This document shows, piece by piece, positions 12,201-24,800 of a stretch of 64,000 nt of DNA (positions within the stretch are counted from its first letter, which is position 1; each line of letters starts with the position of its first letter). Under the pieces are notes generated by a model. It was not told the origin of the DNA. It worked only from the letters and a program-made list of their open reading frames with translations, and searched no databases. Position numbers and translations under genes: made by a program. The stretch lies in NCBI RefSeq assembly GCF_964355755.1, contig NC_092678.1, positions 12,956,352 through 13,020,351 of the forward strand. Direction: 5' to 3'. Origin of the DNA: Antedon mediterranea. Its lineage: Eukaryota > Animalia > Echinodermata.

Positions 12201-14782
12201 AATCACCGCTCGTGGCGATACGTAAAAAGAAACAATTGACAAGTGTAGTCGGTCAGTTTTGATTTTGAAATGGAATTTTTTTGAATGTTTAGTTGGAAGG
12301 AAATGTGTACACGGGTGCTTATGATGCAATGGACGGCGAGAAGCCAGATATTGATGAATCCATCTTTGAAAGGTTAACTGAAACTAAGGTAGGAATAAAT
12401 AAAAACAAATTTTTTTGATTTAAACTATTTTGAAACAGTTGGGTTTTAATAGGATGCAGCTTGACATGCATATGAGACGAATCACTCTGAATGTATCTTG
12501 TTGTTGGTCAAACTTGTGTTGGCCGTCTGGATACTGGGAACTTGTTTCACTCACTTTTATTGTTGTTCTGCATATATCGAACATCATTGGTTTGGTTTGA
12601 TGAATCATGTTTTTCCTTAATATTTTACAGTAATAAGTATATTAATATCTCACATGTCCACAGCAAATATACCAGCAGCATGTTGACTCCATAATGAATA
12701 ATGTGTTCAGCTCATCATCGAACATCCACCTATCATTATTTGTTAAATATCTTTTTGATTTTCTGGATAACATGGCGACTAAGCATGGTGTTAGTATCAA
12801 TGAATTGAAGATATGGAAGAACAACAGGTATGGAAATTGCAAAAAATTGTTAGATAATGAGGTTTTACTTAAAGCTCACGACGGTGTATCTACGATTTAC
12901 ATCGAAGAATTAGCTCCCAATTATTTAATTATTTAATATTAAGAGAAACAATGTTAAGAAATTTAAATTATAATTATTTAAAATTCAAATTAAAAATGTA
13001 ATCATTTATTTTTATATAGGCCTATGAGCGTTTATTTCTTCATTTATAATGAGCATTTTTTTAAATGATTTTTCCTTACAATTTCCATATCATCTTGTAT
13101 TTCTTCCATTGTCCATACAATATAATCAAAATAGCAAGAGAAACCAGAAATGGACTAGATCAATAATCATATTTGTATCCTTTTTTAGTTTAGCTGAGAT
13201 GTTTTGGTTAAGAATTCTGAGAAACCCTGCTTATGTCTGTGACATTCACCAAACGCCCCCTATTGATATCACTCTCGGTGTCATCTCTACTGTTTTTCGA
13301 GAATCTTGGTCAATTGAGCTGTTTGGTTTTAAAAAGGTAAGCAAAACAATGCATTTATTTATTTATTTATCGTATGTCCGGCTAATTTAATGTGTTATTT
13401 CCGGTCATCGACAACATCTGACCGTAGACCTACTTCTAAAGGTTACCGGTAATGAATCAGTCTTACTGCTTTTGTTTCTGTTGAGAATCATTTGTTCATA
13501 TTATTCTTTTAGTTATATATTTGCACGATTTTGTTGAAATTAAGAACTAAACCTAATATACCGTAAACGAACAGTTTTTCTAAATCTGGCATAATTTTTA
13601 TCGCGAATACACTTTGTTTTGATTATTTATATTCCAAACCTTCATCTGCAAATCGCTTCACAGCTCATCAATGTAGATCACCCTACGGTTTCAATATTAT
13701 GATTAATATTTATATCTTTATACATATTGAATGATGCAAGCATTCACAAGCTACTTATGTTTTAATAGCTACATGACTATTTTGTAATATTTCATCAGTC
13801 ATTTAATATGAAACGCCTATTTTTGGTTAAAGTCAGGTCAAAATGTGTTCTTTAGTGCTTGTTTAACTTTAAATTTTTTATTTCAAAGAATTCGCCAAGT
13901 CATCGACAGATGTATGTAAAAGAGATTCCAAGATACCGCCAACTTGTTACTAAGTTCTATAGTGACGTCAAGCATACTCCATCTTGTGATCGCATGAACG
14001 TTATTGATGAAGTAAATTCTCTTATACAGGTATGTACAAAGACTATCAATATTGTTATTTCTCAAAGAAACTAATAGGCATAGGTCAAGGCATAGGCATA
14101 TGTCAATAAATACAAACATAGACATAAATACGGTAACATTATATACTAATACTAACGTTTTTTATTCTCAGCCATTTAGCACATTGTTTAAGAAGTCGAG
14201 TGTGTTAGTGAATCTTCATTCATTTACGGACAAATATTTAAGAGAGGTAAATATAAATAATTATATACAGATCTTTTGATAGTGTACCAGCAGAAAGAGA
14301 TTTACTGATCTATACACGTCGGCTTTACTATACTGTACTAAACAGTTGAACTAATAGTGAACAATTAGAGTACTTCAATCAACACTTTTTCATGTATTAA
14401 AATTAAAAAAAGGCTTTCCATTTTATTATCCGATTTACATACCAAATAAAATTAATTATTACATGTATCTTAGTAAAACAATGTGCATTTCCCGTGCAAA
14501 CATCATTCTGCCTCTAACATTTATCATTTGAGTAAACGTTGTTAATATTTTAATATTTTAATTAAATATCAGGTTAAAGACGCATTCCTTAAAGGTACAA
14601 ATATAAATGAAAGTACTGTTGAAGTTTTTACAACAAAAGTAAGTAAGTCGTCGTCGTCGTCGTCGAAAGAACAAGCAGCGTATGTCAACTCAGAAATCCA
14701 GCAAAGTCGTCGACACAATCAGAAAAGAAGAGAGGACACAGGTGTGATCATACTTTCTGATGATACAAACGCTGGTTGCTAA
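227..14782 (+). CDS. Plexin-like receptor, 3' part (IPT/TIG domains, TM helix, split RasGAP-like C1/C2 segments with Rho-binding domain); 5' part lies before the window
   Basis: Manual GT-AG exon chain with consistent phases: 227-366, 522-683, 1087-1174, 1751-2029, 2772-2930, 3334-3532 (TM: TTVIIIIITIVVIVAITITIIPVYWRRSR), 4068-4117, 6312-6430, 6694-6759, 6984-7058, 7268-7337, 10541-10687, 10920-11070, 11168-11256, 11485-11587, 11925-11974, 12293-12388, 12664-12827, 13189-13336, 13889-14029, 14172-14246, 14573-14782 (TAA). Plexin-like motifs: SPRFGIQAGGTTLTFSGSNL (IPT), GPLLQLVDAITTRIDSGAVDAV..QYSLDE, VKVNSCDTLFQVKQKLL (RBD), VKYLFDFLD..WKNNSLAEMFW..NP, NSPSHRQMYVKEIPRY. The exon structure between 4117 and 6312 is uncertain. 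Confidence 0.9.
1325..1441. mobile_element. Degenerate partial copy of the Harbinger-like MITE seen intact at 30236-30419
   Basis: Shares caacgcaagcg..gaccaatg..gattggtcaa..ctagtaggaaccaagc with the 30236-30419 element. Confidence 0.55.
2166..2561. repeat. 49-bp minisatellite, ~8 units, in a plexin intron
   Basis: Unit caagttacttgtgttgtgcttacatcatgcgatgcgtgctagtggcaac repeated head-to-tail (starts 2166, 2215, 2264...). Confidence 0.95.
4511..6262 (-). mobile_element. 5'-truncated, frameshifted L1/Tx1-type non-LTR retrotransposon (RT C-terminal part plus CCHC zinc knuckle)
   Basis: Minus-strand ORF pieces NFIWNNKREKIKRKTLIGDVEMGGIKMPDF, FNYKMLHRILPTNKRLYQWK and CDKCGEIENENHLFFSC, in different frames. 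AATAAA and an A-rich tail on the minus strand near 4511-4548. Confidence 0.85.
7481..10335 (+). mobile_element. Near full-length Rex1/Babar-like (L2/CR1 group) LINE in a plexin intron
   Basis: Open frame 7609-10194 with APE and RT domains. 3' AATAAA followed by a (TTATC)n tail at ~10308-10335. The RPYYLPREF motif is typical of this clade (recalled, not searched). Confidence 0.88.
7609..10194 (+). CDS. LINE ORF: apurinic-like endonuclease plus reverse transcriptase (uninterrupted, but no in-frame ATG at its 5' end)
   Basis: APE motifs LLAFTETYL, GGGLCLYIN, INGDFN, ILDLCY, GKSDH. RT motifs KAAGPDKI, RPVALTS, YFDFQSAFNTI, GVPQG, KFADD, YKYLG. The frame is open upstream of the annotated GTG at 7846 back to a TGA at 7606-7608. 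Confidence 0.9.
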   Translation, partial: FIHFSDFRNASLLAFTETYLSDKHSDQHIQVVGFKSVRGDRTAEANKDGGGGLCLYINEKYCHPNNSTLKLHKCSPHSEVLVVGIRPYYLPREFSHVINVMVYIPNKKLEKPAINEIAEIIEGIECSHPEALVIINGDFNRCKLKKTTATYYQHVTCKTRDNAILDLCYSSVKDAYISTPLPNLGKSDHNLILLSPKYRPLNKTCQPKIINVRKWSPEAEEALIAEFESTDWDIFTEDEDLNSITYAVSSYINFCIDKCVPVKKVKIYPNNKPWITKGVKLLLCEKRKAFKMGDSNRMKILTREIKSEIMKQKNIYRKKVEHNFRSNNMKQVWQGMKLMSGYTNGGNTPTSIPNVTVQYVNELNEFYNRFNVHDFKKEREALFSLCRVTEDDPKFSISISDVHNEFMKLNSSKAAGPDKIPPRVLKVCSPHLDGIFTFIFNMCLSYHAFPDIWKLSCIIPVPKKPKINSMNDLRPVALTSVAMKILERIILKIMQPYAEKVLDPLQFAYRSLRSTSDAIYFKLHKLYSHLDNVKKGHSARIMYFDFQSAFNTIQPHILADKMLNMEFPRPIVRLVLNFICDRKQFVNINGVKSEIVTSDTGVPQGTVNAPKLYSLYTADYRSLNDELCPVVKFADDTSTIGLIVSNNDENYRSEIQRFVKFCDDNYLQINASKTKEMIIDFRTKHKFNFQPIKGKEIEIVDQYKYLGIVFNDKLSWGDHIDFISKKLSPRMYCMRTLYKFNSCDLMLLSFYRSVICSVWTYCLSCWAGNVTGGNKGRLETFIRRAGKMIGLELPSFTDVHLEHLQKDFERIESDASHPLHKVIIDQLNPSGRLRLLSVKTNRFAKSFIPSGIIQYNRKSRR

Positions 14783-15883
14783 TAGCAGTAAATAAGCTTT
14801 TGGTTATATTTGCAAATACGTACGTTTGTCTGATTAACTATTGTAACTATAATTTAGTTCACTAAAGATTTATAGCTACTTAAATAGGCCTATTATAAGT
14901 ACCAATACAGATAAAAACGTTCACTGACCATATAAGAAAATATGTATAATAAGCTTTTGACCAATACTAATTAACATTAAATTACATTTATTAAAATAAA
15001 TATCAATATTTAATCAAATGGTATAAATAAATATATATTAAAATACGCAGAAATCCAGTTTCAATATGCATAATGTAATGTAATACATTTATTTCTTTTA
15101 AATATTACCATATATTAATAATAATTATATAAGTGCTTCTAAGGTTTATAAAATGAAAGTTAGTGTATGTGTCATCCACACGCATGCGCAATTCAACTTA
15201 GGTAGACTGCAAGACACATCTTATTCTCCCACATTTATATTTACTGATGCACAAAATATTAGTCATCTCTGTAAATATTAAACAATAAGTATTTTGAATT
15301 TCAGTAATATCTATATTTTTTGCGTGGCTATAAAAATACTAGCCTACTATTATTCATTTAATCACGTGACAACACATTCATTGGATATATAATTAAAGAT
15401 CACGATTTAAAATGCTTGTTGTTGAATATGCCATGTAACATAATAGGTATTCACTTTGACTAAAAATTGGATAAAAAATTATTAAATGGAAAAAAAATTG
15501 TAGGCCTAATTTAAAGTAAAAAAAAAAATTGGCTGCCAGCCAGTCGGTTTCGGTTACATTTAACCGTTTAATTCGTCTCTTTATAAGTAGAACTGTTTTG
15601 TTTGTTTGTAAGTGAATAACTTGATTAAAACTTCAAAATGGCCTATTCAAAGTCTGAGTTCATGTTTTTTGGGGTTAGGGTTAATAAACAAGATTTATTA
15701 TCAATTTTGAATCATATATATTACCAAATATTTCGTTCTAGTTTCAATATTTAAATACGCAAAATGCAAATATCATAAATACTACATTAAAAAACAAAAA
15801 TGAAATTGTAAACATTGTTACATTTTGAAAATACAACAATGGACAAATCGTAATAATTGCGACGCAATTTGAGACGCTAACTT

Positions 15884-18800
15884 TTAGCAGCAGTCTGTTT
15901 TTATTTTCACAACGTTGTTATACTTTAGGCCGCTGTCATCATCTGTTAAAGAGATAGAAATTACAATTGTTATTATTACATAATACCATAACTTATTATA
16001 TTATATGGAATTATAATTATATTATTATGTTTATGAAAATAAAAGAGACATTTTAATTAGTATTTTTATATATTTTCTTATCATCCTAAGGATGAACATA
16101 TTGCACACAACATCTCACACTGTACGAATCATTACAACTCGAACATATTGCACACAACATCTCACACTGTACGAATCATTACAACTCGAACATATTGCAC
16201 ACAACGTCTCACACTGTACGAATCATTACAACTCGAACATATTGCACACAACGTCTCACACTGTACGAATCATTACAACTCGAACATATTGCACACAACG
16301 TCTCACACTGTACGAATCATTACAACTCGAACATATTGCACACAACGTCTCACACTGTACGAATCATTACAACTCGAACATATTGCACACAACGTCTCAC
16401 ACTGTACGAATCATTACAACTCGAACATATTGCACACAACGTCTCACACTGTACGAATCATTACAACTCGAACATATTGCACACAACGTCTCACACTGTA
16501 CGAATCATTACAACTCGAACATATTGCACACAACGTCTCACACTGTACGAATCATTACAACTCGAACATATTGCACACAACGTCTCACACTGCAGGGCCG
16601 TAGCCAGGATCTGTCAAGGGGGGGTTCGCACACTAAGTAGTTGAATGTTAAATGTTTTGTTAAATGACACCCCTAGATGGCCGGAAAAGACACTCTCATG
16701 CACAGCATGCTACCAATGAGCAAAACGATCGTACTTGGACTCGTTGACTATTTCAACGATAACATTTGTTGCCGTATGTTAGATGCGCGTGCTCTGTGCG
16801 GAACCGCCGATTGTTTGATCATTTACTCGATATTTTGTTTTGCGTTCAAGTTCAATGCGAACGTACGTCTAGGAGAAGCACCGAAAAAAGCACACTGGGT
16901 GAAGGCAAATGCAATTCTTATATAGCTCTATCTATAATATTTATTTACAGCAATGTGTTGAGGAAATTAAATATGCCAATGTAAATAGGTGATATTCAGG
17001 GGCGCAGCCAGCAAAGAATTAAAGGGGGGGGGGTCAACCAATATGTGAGTATTTTGCGAGCGAAGCGAGCAACCATGGGCTGGGGGCCAGGGGGCCGCCA
17101 AGGGCCCTCGGTTGGGGTCCAGGGGGCGAAGCCCCCTGGAAGCTTTGGCGGTCTAGGGCAATCTAGATCATTTGAATCGGTTTACGCACACACAAATATG
17201 ACAATGTTAACACTAATAAACTGAAACAAAGAAAACAAAAAATAACTCTCATTTTCATTACAGAACATTTTTATATTCCAGGCTGCCACAGACAAACACT
17301 TTTTTTCTTGCTTGTTTGTTGATTTGTGTAGAGAGGCTGTAAACTCAGAGGAGGAATTATTTGAATTCCTCCCTTTTCACCAATACAAAAGTTGCATGAA
17401 ATGAACGTAGAGATGCAAAAGTTTGAAAAAAGAAATTAGAATGATAGCATGGAGGGAGTGATATTATTAAATGAGAACCGTAAGGTTAGAGTTCATACAC
17501 TATGCAAGTCCAAGAAGCTATCTTGCCTCCGTGTGTATGTGAGACGCTTATCATACCCAGTACATACAATATTTTGTTTAAAAATATACCTATTTTGTTC
17601 GAATGTATAGTATAGGTGCATGGATAGCTTATACATAATTGTAATAACTAACTTCTAAATTATTATCATACATTTTACGTTAGTTACTATAACGGCGCTC
17701 TTGACATCGCGTGATGCATCTTTAAACATAAGTTTGGAACATTCTTCTTGGCTTGGAGACAGAATTCGCGAATGACATTCTCTGTATTAATGTTCATGTT
17801 AAAGTGTATGTTCATGAGGCACAATCCCGAAAGCTGCTCATAAGACATGTGATTTCCCAAACAGGTTTTCGTTCTCCATAAAGTCGAAAAACTCCGCTCA
17901 GCTTAAGCAGACGTTACGGGCATAGGCCTACGCGATTAGAAGAAGTGCACACACATTCGGGAACACATCTGGATCCGCTAATTTTACACAGTCGCTTCCA
18001 TCACTGAAGCTCGGAATGAAGATGTTCGTGTCTTGGCAGATCATCGTACCAAGAAGTGCACACACATTCGGGAACACATCTGGATCCGCTAATTTTACAC
18101 AGTCGCTTCCATCACTGAAGCTCGGAATGAAGATGTTCGTGTCTTGGCAGATCATCGTACCAAATTCAAGTTCCTTGAAGACTTTTCTTCAACATTACAC
18201 TTCACGATAGACTCGGGTGCTACGCCAAATATTTTAAAGCATGGCCTGTTATCGGCAGAAAAACGGGTTTTTAACTCGGTTTGTAATCAAGAAGTTGATT
18301 TGGTAATACTGCTCGGTAGTAATCTTCCACAGTATCTCCAGGATGATTGATCTGTATTGTTGTCTCATGTTTTTATTTATTTTTTCTAAAAAAAAAGGGG
18401 GATCAGGACCCCCGTGACCCCCCCCCCCCCCACTGGCTGCGCCCCTGATATTGATACATTTGAGTATAATCGGATGCCATAATGTGAACTACAGTACATG
18501 ATACCATAGATATTATAGTGTAAAATATTAATATTCACTATAATCCTCTATGATACATTATACTTCATAGCCACACATAAATACTGATGTATGTCGGAAG
18601 GCTATATACTTTATGCATGCTGCCTGACTGCCAGTGATCTAAACAATTGGTACGCAGTTGTCTGGCGGTGTCCTTTGTACGAATCGTTCGTCCCCCAGTT
18701 CGCTGTGAGACGCGTCAATATCATGTTACATGCAGGGACCCTACATTTATTTTTCAGGTTAAAATCCGCAATTCATTTGCAACTCTTTACAGACTATATC

Positions 18801-21800
18801 GCTCGAAGTACGCTCATACAGGGAAGAAGGTACTGTATGAGTTATTCCGAACGAGTTTACGAATTTTTTAATTTACAAACAACTTTTTGTACTGTGGGGC
18901 ACGTATTTGGACGATTTTCGGAGATGAGGGTGAGGTATTGGGCATGTCGGGGATGGGGGTTCGCAGTCGGTTAAGGGGGGTTCGCTGTAAAGGGGGGGTT
19001 CGCCCGAACCATAAAAACCCCCCCTGGCTACGGGCCTGCACTGTACGAATCATTACAACTCGAACATACTGCACACAACGTCTCACACTGTACGAATCAT
19101 TACAACTCGAACATATTGCACACAACTCTCACACTGTACGAATCATTACAACTCGAACATATTGCACACAACGTCTCACACTGTACGAATCATTACAACT
19201 CGAACATATTGCACACAACGTCTCACACTGTACGAATCATTACAACTCGAACATATTGCACACAACGTCTCACACTGTACGAATCATTACAACTCGAACA
19301 TATTGCACACAACGTCTCACACTGTACGAATCATTACAACTCGAACATATTGCACACAACGTCTCACACTGTACGAATCATTACAACTCGAACATATTGC
19401 ACACAACGTCTCACACTGTACGAATCATTACAACTCGAACATATTGCACACAACGTCTCACACTGTACGAATCATTACAACTCGAACATATTGCACACAA
19501 CGTCTCACACTGTACGAATCATTACAACTCGAACATATTGCACACAACGTCTCACACTGTACGAATCATTACAACTCGAACATATTGCACACAACGTCTC
19601 ACACTGTACGAATCATTACAACTCGAACATATTGCACACAACGTCTCACACTGTACGAATCATTACAACTCGAGATGCTTTGACCAAACTTAAATATTAC
19701 GTAGTACTTAAAATAAAATATTCTTTTTAGTGTATTTCCACATGGATATACTGACAACGCATTCACAAGCATTTGAAATGAGCTAGCACTTTTGATTTGT
19801 CAAATTAATTTCGTTGTGCGTAAGTCTTTGCATTGCGCACCAACCATAATAACATTCTTAACCTGTCGTAAGCTTCATACACACTTGAATGGAACGAAGG
19901 TCTGCGTCATTTGATTGAATAATGGAAACATTAAACAAAGAATTGACAGGACTTTGTCCGTAAAAATAAACAAAATGTAGCTGTATACGGGAACTATGAT
20001 TTTAGTGATAATTAAGGTAATAATAATAACTCACATAGCCAGTTACCCTCATTAGATCCTGCGGTCTTGAAGTCTGGCAACTCTTTTGATGAGTCCCACT
20101 TGTCCTTACTGACAAACTGCCATGTTGCTCCATTATCTTTACTGCGCATGTAACTGCGCATATCCTTGTGAATTCCATAGATATGCCCTTTGGATTGGTC
20201 CGAAGCAATAACGTTGTGGAGGTACATTGGCAGTGCTATTGACGAAAAATGTGAATTATGTGTATTTAGGTTCACGGAGAATGATTTAAACGCAATTTAT
20301 CAAATTCATTTCACTATTCACCATCAGAACTAAAGTTGCCGATTAAACAAAATGGATATGATTTAAGGCGCTTCTGCTTTAAACCCTCTGCTACTTGATT
20401 CGACATAGGGTAGTGGTTTGTGGCAGCTGAAAGTGTTTAAGTTTGTAGAAGTCCATGGGTCAGTGCTATCATTGGAGTAAAGATACAAAAAATAATAAAT
20501 CATTAAACTCACCTTTCCATCTCCCATTTGGTGGATCATCTTGTACATAACAGGACGGAACAAACTTCTGGGATAGACGTCCATATGAAGGATTACAAGC
20601 AAAAATGATGTAATTAGCTGGATCGTTCAATTTCTTAGTTATTACAAAACCCCGATCATAATAATCTGTCAACATAAAAGCAACACAAATAAAATGCAAT
20701 GTGGGCAATGTACGAGTTATTCGTTTGTTCTTGAAATTAATCTAAATATTAATACAGCGTGCTATAAATCGCAGTTATAACTGAGTTGCATGGTATTTAA
20801 AAAAAAATAATGTTCACACAGCATTGTATAAAAGAGCATTAAAACAAATTGATAACATTGTATATTAAAGCTGTTTGTATTAGTGGTGAGTGAGTATGGC
20901 ATTTCTAAAGATCGCACTTGCAGACGTCTACACTAAATACCCAGACTTGGAACGTGGTGTTTTGGATGTTATCAATTATGGCCTACGTAAAAGAAGGTTT
21001 TTTCTTCAAAATATTAAAATCATTTTGTTTACTAAGCATTGTTAAGAAAGTACCTGGAACTGGACAGTTACTAGAATCTCTGACACACACAGTGTGCTTT
21101 CCGTCTTCACATTTATGGGCACCAGCTACACAACAATCACACTGGTTAGATCCCAAGTCGTAATGGCAGACGCATGTCTGAGTATTAGCCCACTTGCTGT
21201 ACCTCATCACAGTTTCTTTAGCATAGTTTTGTACACGTATCTCTGACGAATAATTATGTACTCTCTTTTATTTTGTGTTTAGAGTTCAATTTGGTTCCAT
21301 TTTATTCGACTACAATATTTTAAAAACGTGGTGCTGGTTTGTAGGCTTAAAAACTGTTTTACTAAACATTGAATTGATTAAACTAAGAATACTCAAATAA
21401 ATCAATGGATCAATTTTGTTTATATAAAATCTTGATTTACTTTGAAACGACCAAATTTGGCGCTTCTCCAATTCGTTCAAATACAGTAGCTATGTATTCT
21501 TTATACTACCTTGAGGCATAGAATATTCACAAATGGCTGGTAAGATAGCGGTACACTCCATAATGTCCCAGTCTCCAAGATCAGTACTGACGTCGTCTGT
21601 TGCGTCATAGATCTCTATATAAGCCGCAGTTCCACAGTCTTTATTCGAGCTTGTCCCGGGTCTGTTAGGTAGCCATTTTGTATATGACGCTGATGAACCG
21701 TCTGTCCACTTGAACTCATCACCCTGTGTGAAAGTTCATGGTATACACTAAAATTGTTTTTTAAATTGTTAAAATAATTGTTGAATAAACCCACCGATAA

Positions 21801-24800
21801 TAATGAGAAATTTCAGAACACCGTTAACGTAGTAAATGACGAAAATAATGTTTAATTTGTCGACGAACATGATAGGACACTAGCCCAATTGCAATCTGAT
21901 ACATTTACACATCCAACTAAAGTAGAACCCCTTAACTTGCAACCTTACATTGACTGTGTAGAGAATAACATGGGATTAGCAGCCCCATTCCAAATGAAAG
22001 AAGAACAAAGTAAGGAACAAACTAATCTAATCATGACAGCACCTAATGATTCTAATATGACAATAAACCGAGGTAGATTTAAAGCAGGACATTTCCAAGT
22101 TTTAGTTTCGTATTCTAAACTGACATTAGCCAAACGTAACACCGATAATACAAAACACGAACCTAATGTTCGCAAATTTTGGTGGAATATTGACGACAGA
22201 TATAACGATACAGATAAATTGATTAAAGAGATTATTAATAATAAACAGATACCGATAAGTGGATCGCCAAAACGATTCATAAAACGTTTGTATAATGCAA
22301 ACAGTTACTGAATTAATTTTTTTGCAAGATTTTTTTTTAAAATTACGACATTTGCTAAATTAATGATAGCATAGTCTACGTATTTGATTAGATGTGTTTA
22401 GTAATGATGTGATTTTAGTTAAAAGAGAATTGAATTTATGTTTAAGTATTGATTTTGTAACGAGTTTTTTGATAAAGATTAATTTTGAATTTTGTCGACC
22501 GATCGAAATCGTAATTACTTGTGAATAAAAATGCTTAAATCGATAAAGTTGTGACGATAACAATATATTGTGAATAAGTTTGTGTTTTATATTTTGAGTC
22601 AATTATTGATTTTAGGCTAATCAGCGACAGTTTTCTTGAGTTTTATGTTTTGATTTGATTGATTTATGTTTGAAGGCCATTAGAACGCGATGAGTTGTCG
22701 CACGATCGGAGGTATGTTCAATGTAACATATTATTCTATACGTTTTGTATTTTTATTTTTAACCGATTTTTGTTTGATTTACGCGAATCCCGTTATTATA
22801 GATTAGAGTGCATAATTAACAAGATAATTAACGACTTCGTGACCGATGTTCTTTAGTGAAACCCCACCGTTGTGATGTCTTTATTTCGGTAATCCGAGTG
22901 TAGCATGCCTCCAAAGCAACGGACCCACAATTACGTCGATCTTGAACAACACTTTCGTTTTTTATACATTTTTTTCCAATTTTGTTTTATGAATTCCTGA
23001 ATTTTATACAAAATTCACTTTTTAATTTTAATTTTTTTTTAAGAGAGAGAAGAGAGAGAGTTAAAATGATAAGGTTACACTTCAGAGTCAATGGTTTTGG
23101 CTAACTCAATTTTGCTTATATGTATAATAATGTTTTTTTTCTTTTATATAACTTTAATTTTGCATGCCACTAATATAACCATTTTTATATTTTAAATAGA
23201 TTATGAAAAAGAAGGAGACAGAGGGATGTAATGCAATGATATACTTTTATAATTAAGAAATCAACCTTTGTATTAGAATTCAACTAAGTTCACGAACTTG
23301 GCCCAGAAAGACCAGAGGAGAAATTATCCAGATGTTTTAATGTCCATTTAGTTCATAATTAAATCCCAAAAGTAAACAGTTTATTTGACCTCTCTAACCA
23401 TTCCCATCGTAAAACAATTAGATATTGACAGTTTTTAGCAAAGATTCAACAGGGCCATTTCATCATTGTAACCTCCCCAGATAAGATCAATCATTCCCAC
23501 TTAAACACCCCTGGATCAACTTAGGACCAATCATTAGCTCCAGAAATGATGTAATGACATATGCTAATGAATCGAAGCCAATATACCCCCAAGTTTCCGA
23601 AGAGCCCAGACACACCTCACAGCCACTTCTACAGAAGCAGACCTACACGCCTCACACCTCACCGACAGCATCACCGTATCCTCTGTTCCTGTTTCTATAT
23701 TGTATTGTATTGAGTATATAACGTATTATTGAATAAACAATATATGTGTTACTACATTCAAGCGAGTAGAGTCTTCATTACAAGTCAGAAACCTCATAAC
23801 ACCATATTACACTAGTAGTATGAAACGTGTAATAATTTCTACTTAAATTCACGTCATTCGATTAGCCACGATATATCTTCAACAATACTTCTTTTATTAC
23901 ATCGTTTTGTTCATGGTATCGTTTTTAAACAATTATTATCCTTTAAAAGTAATAAATATAAAAATATAATAATATAATATAATACTTACTCCAACGTCTT
24001 TCAAACCAATCCAATATCTGTAAGGAGATTGTATAGAAACAAGGCCCCGAAGAAATTGTTGTTCAAAAGCATCTTTGATCGTGACTAATTGAGCAGTGTC
24101 TGCTTCACAAGCCACTTTTGCTGCATCCCAAGTTTCTAGCGTGTCGTTGAACACTCGGTAACACGTTTTCTTGTAAGGTGTATAACCATGTCGACATACA
24201 GCTTAGATTTTAAAGTTAATAGTATAATAATTCATTTCGCAAAATGATCGATATTTTCTCTAAAAATGACATTATTACTATTTAACACCATGGGCAAATT
24301 CCAAGATTATAGCGTCAAATATTATGTTTCACATGTGACGACTTTTAGTGCGATTTGGTTTAACATTGCTAAAAGATAAACATATGGCGTGCCATAGGTA
24401 TACGTGAGCTAGAATCAATGTTGTTGAGCTCGTAAAAAAATACATAACATAAACAGAAGACATAGGGCTATGTTAGGACATTTGTGTCATGTATTCGTGA
24501 TACTAGAAAAGATGTAGATGTAAAGTGTTAATTAATAAATGTTGATTTAACGTTGAAATAACATTGTCTTTCTAACAAAGGTTTTACGTTAATTTATCAA
24601 TGTTGATCCAACGTTGAAATAACATTGTTTTTCTAACAAATGTTTTACGTTAATTTATAAATGTTGATTCAACGTTGAAATAATATTGTATTTTTAACTA
24701 GAAATTTACGTTAATTTATCAATGTTGATCCAACGTTAAAATAACATTGTCCTTCTAACTAGTAATTTACGTTAATTTATCAATGTTGATTTAACGTTGA

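Noticed and set aside
16092-19730. Long ORFs (149-268 aa) in all three plus frames, with repeated HTTSHTVRIITTRTYC peptides
   Set aside because: By-product of a 47-bp unit with no plus-strand stop codon. They lie antisense in an intron and have no splice or protein-family support.
19690-19760. Alternative terminal exon for the mosaic gene running into the 47-bp repeat
   Set aside because: Weak acceptor context. The exon at 15942-15884 has a strong pyrimidine tract, the correct phase and a plausible CC-stop ending.
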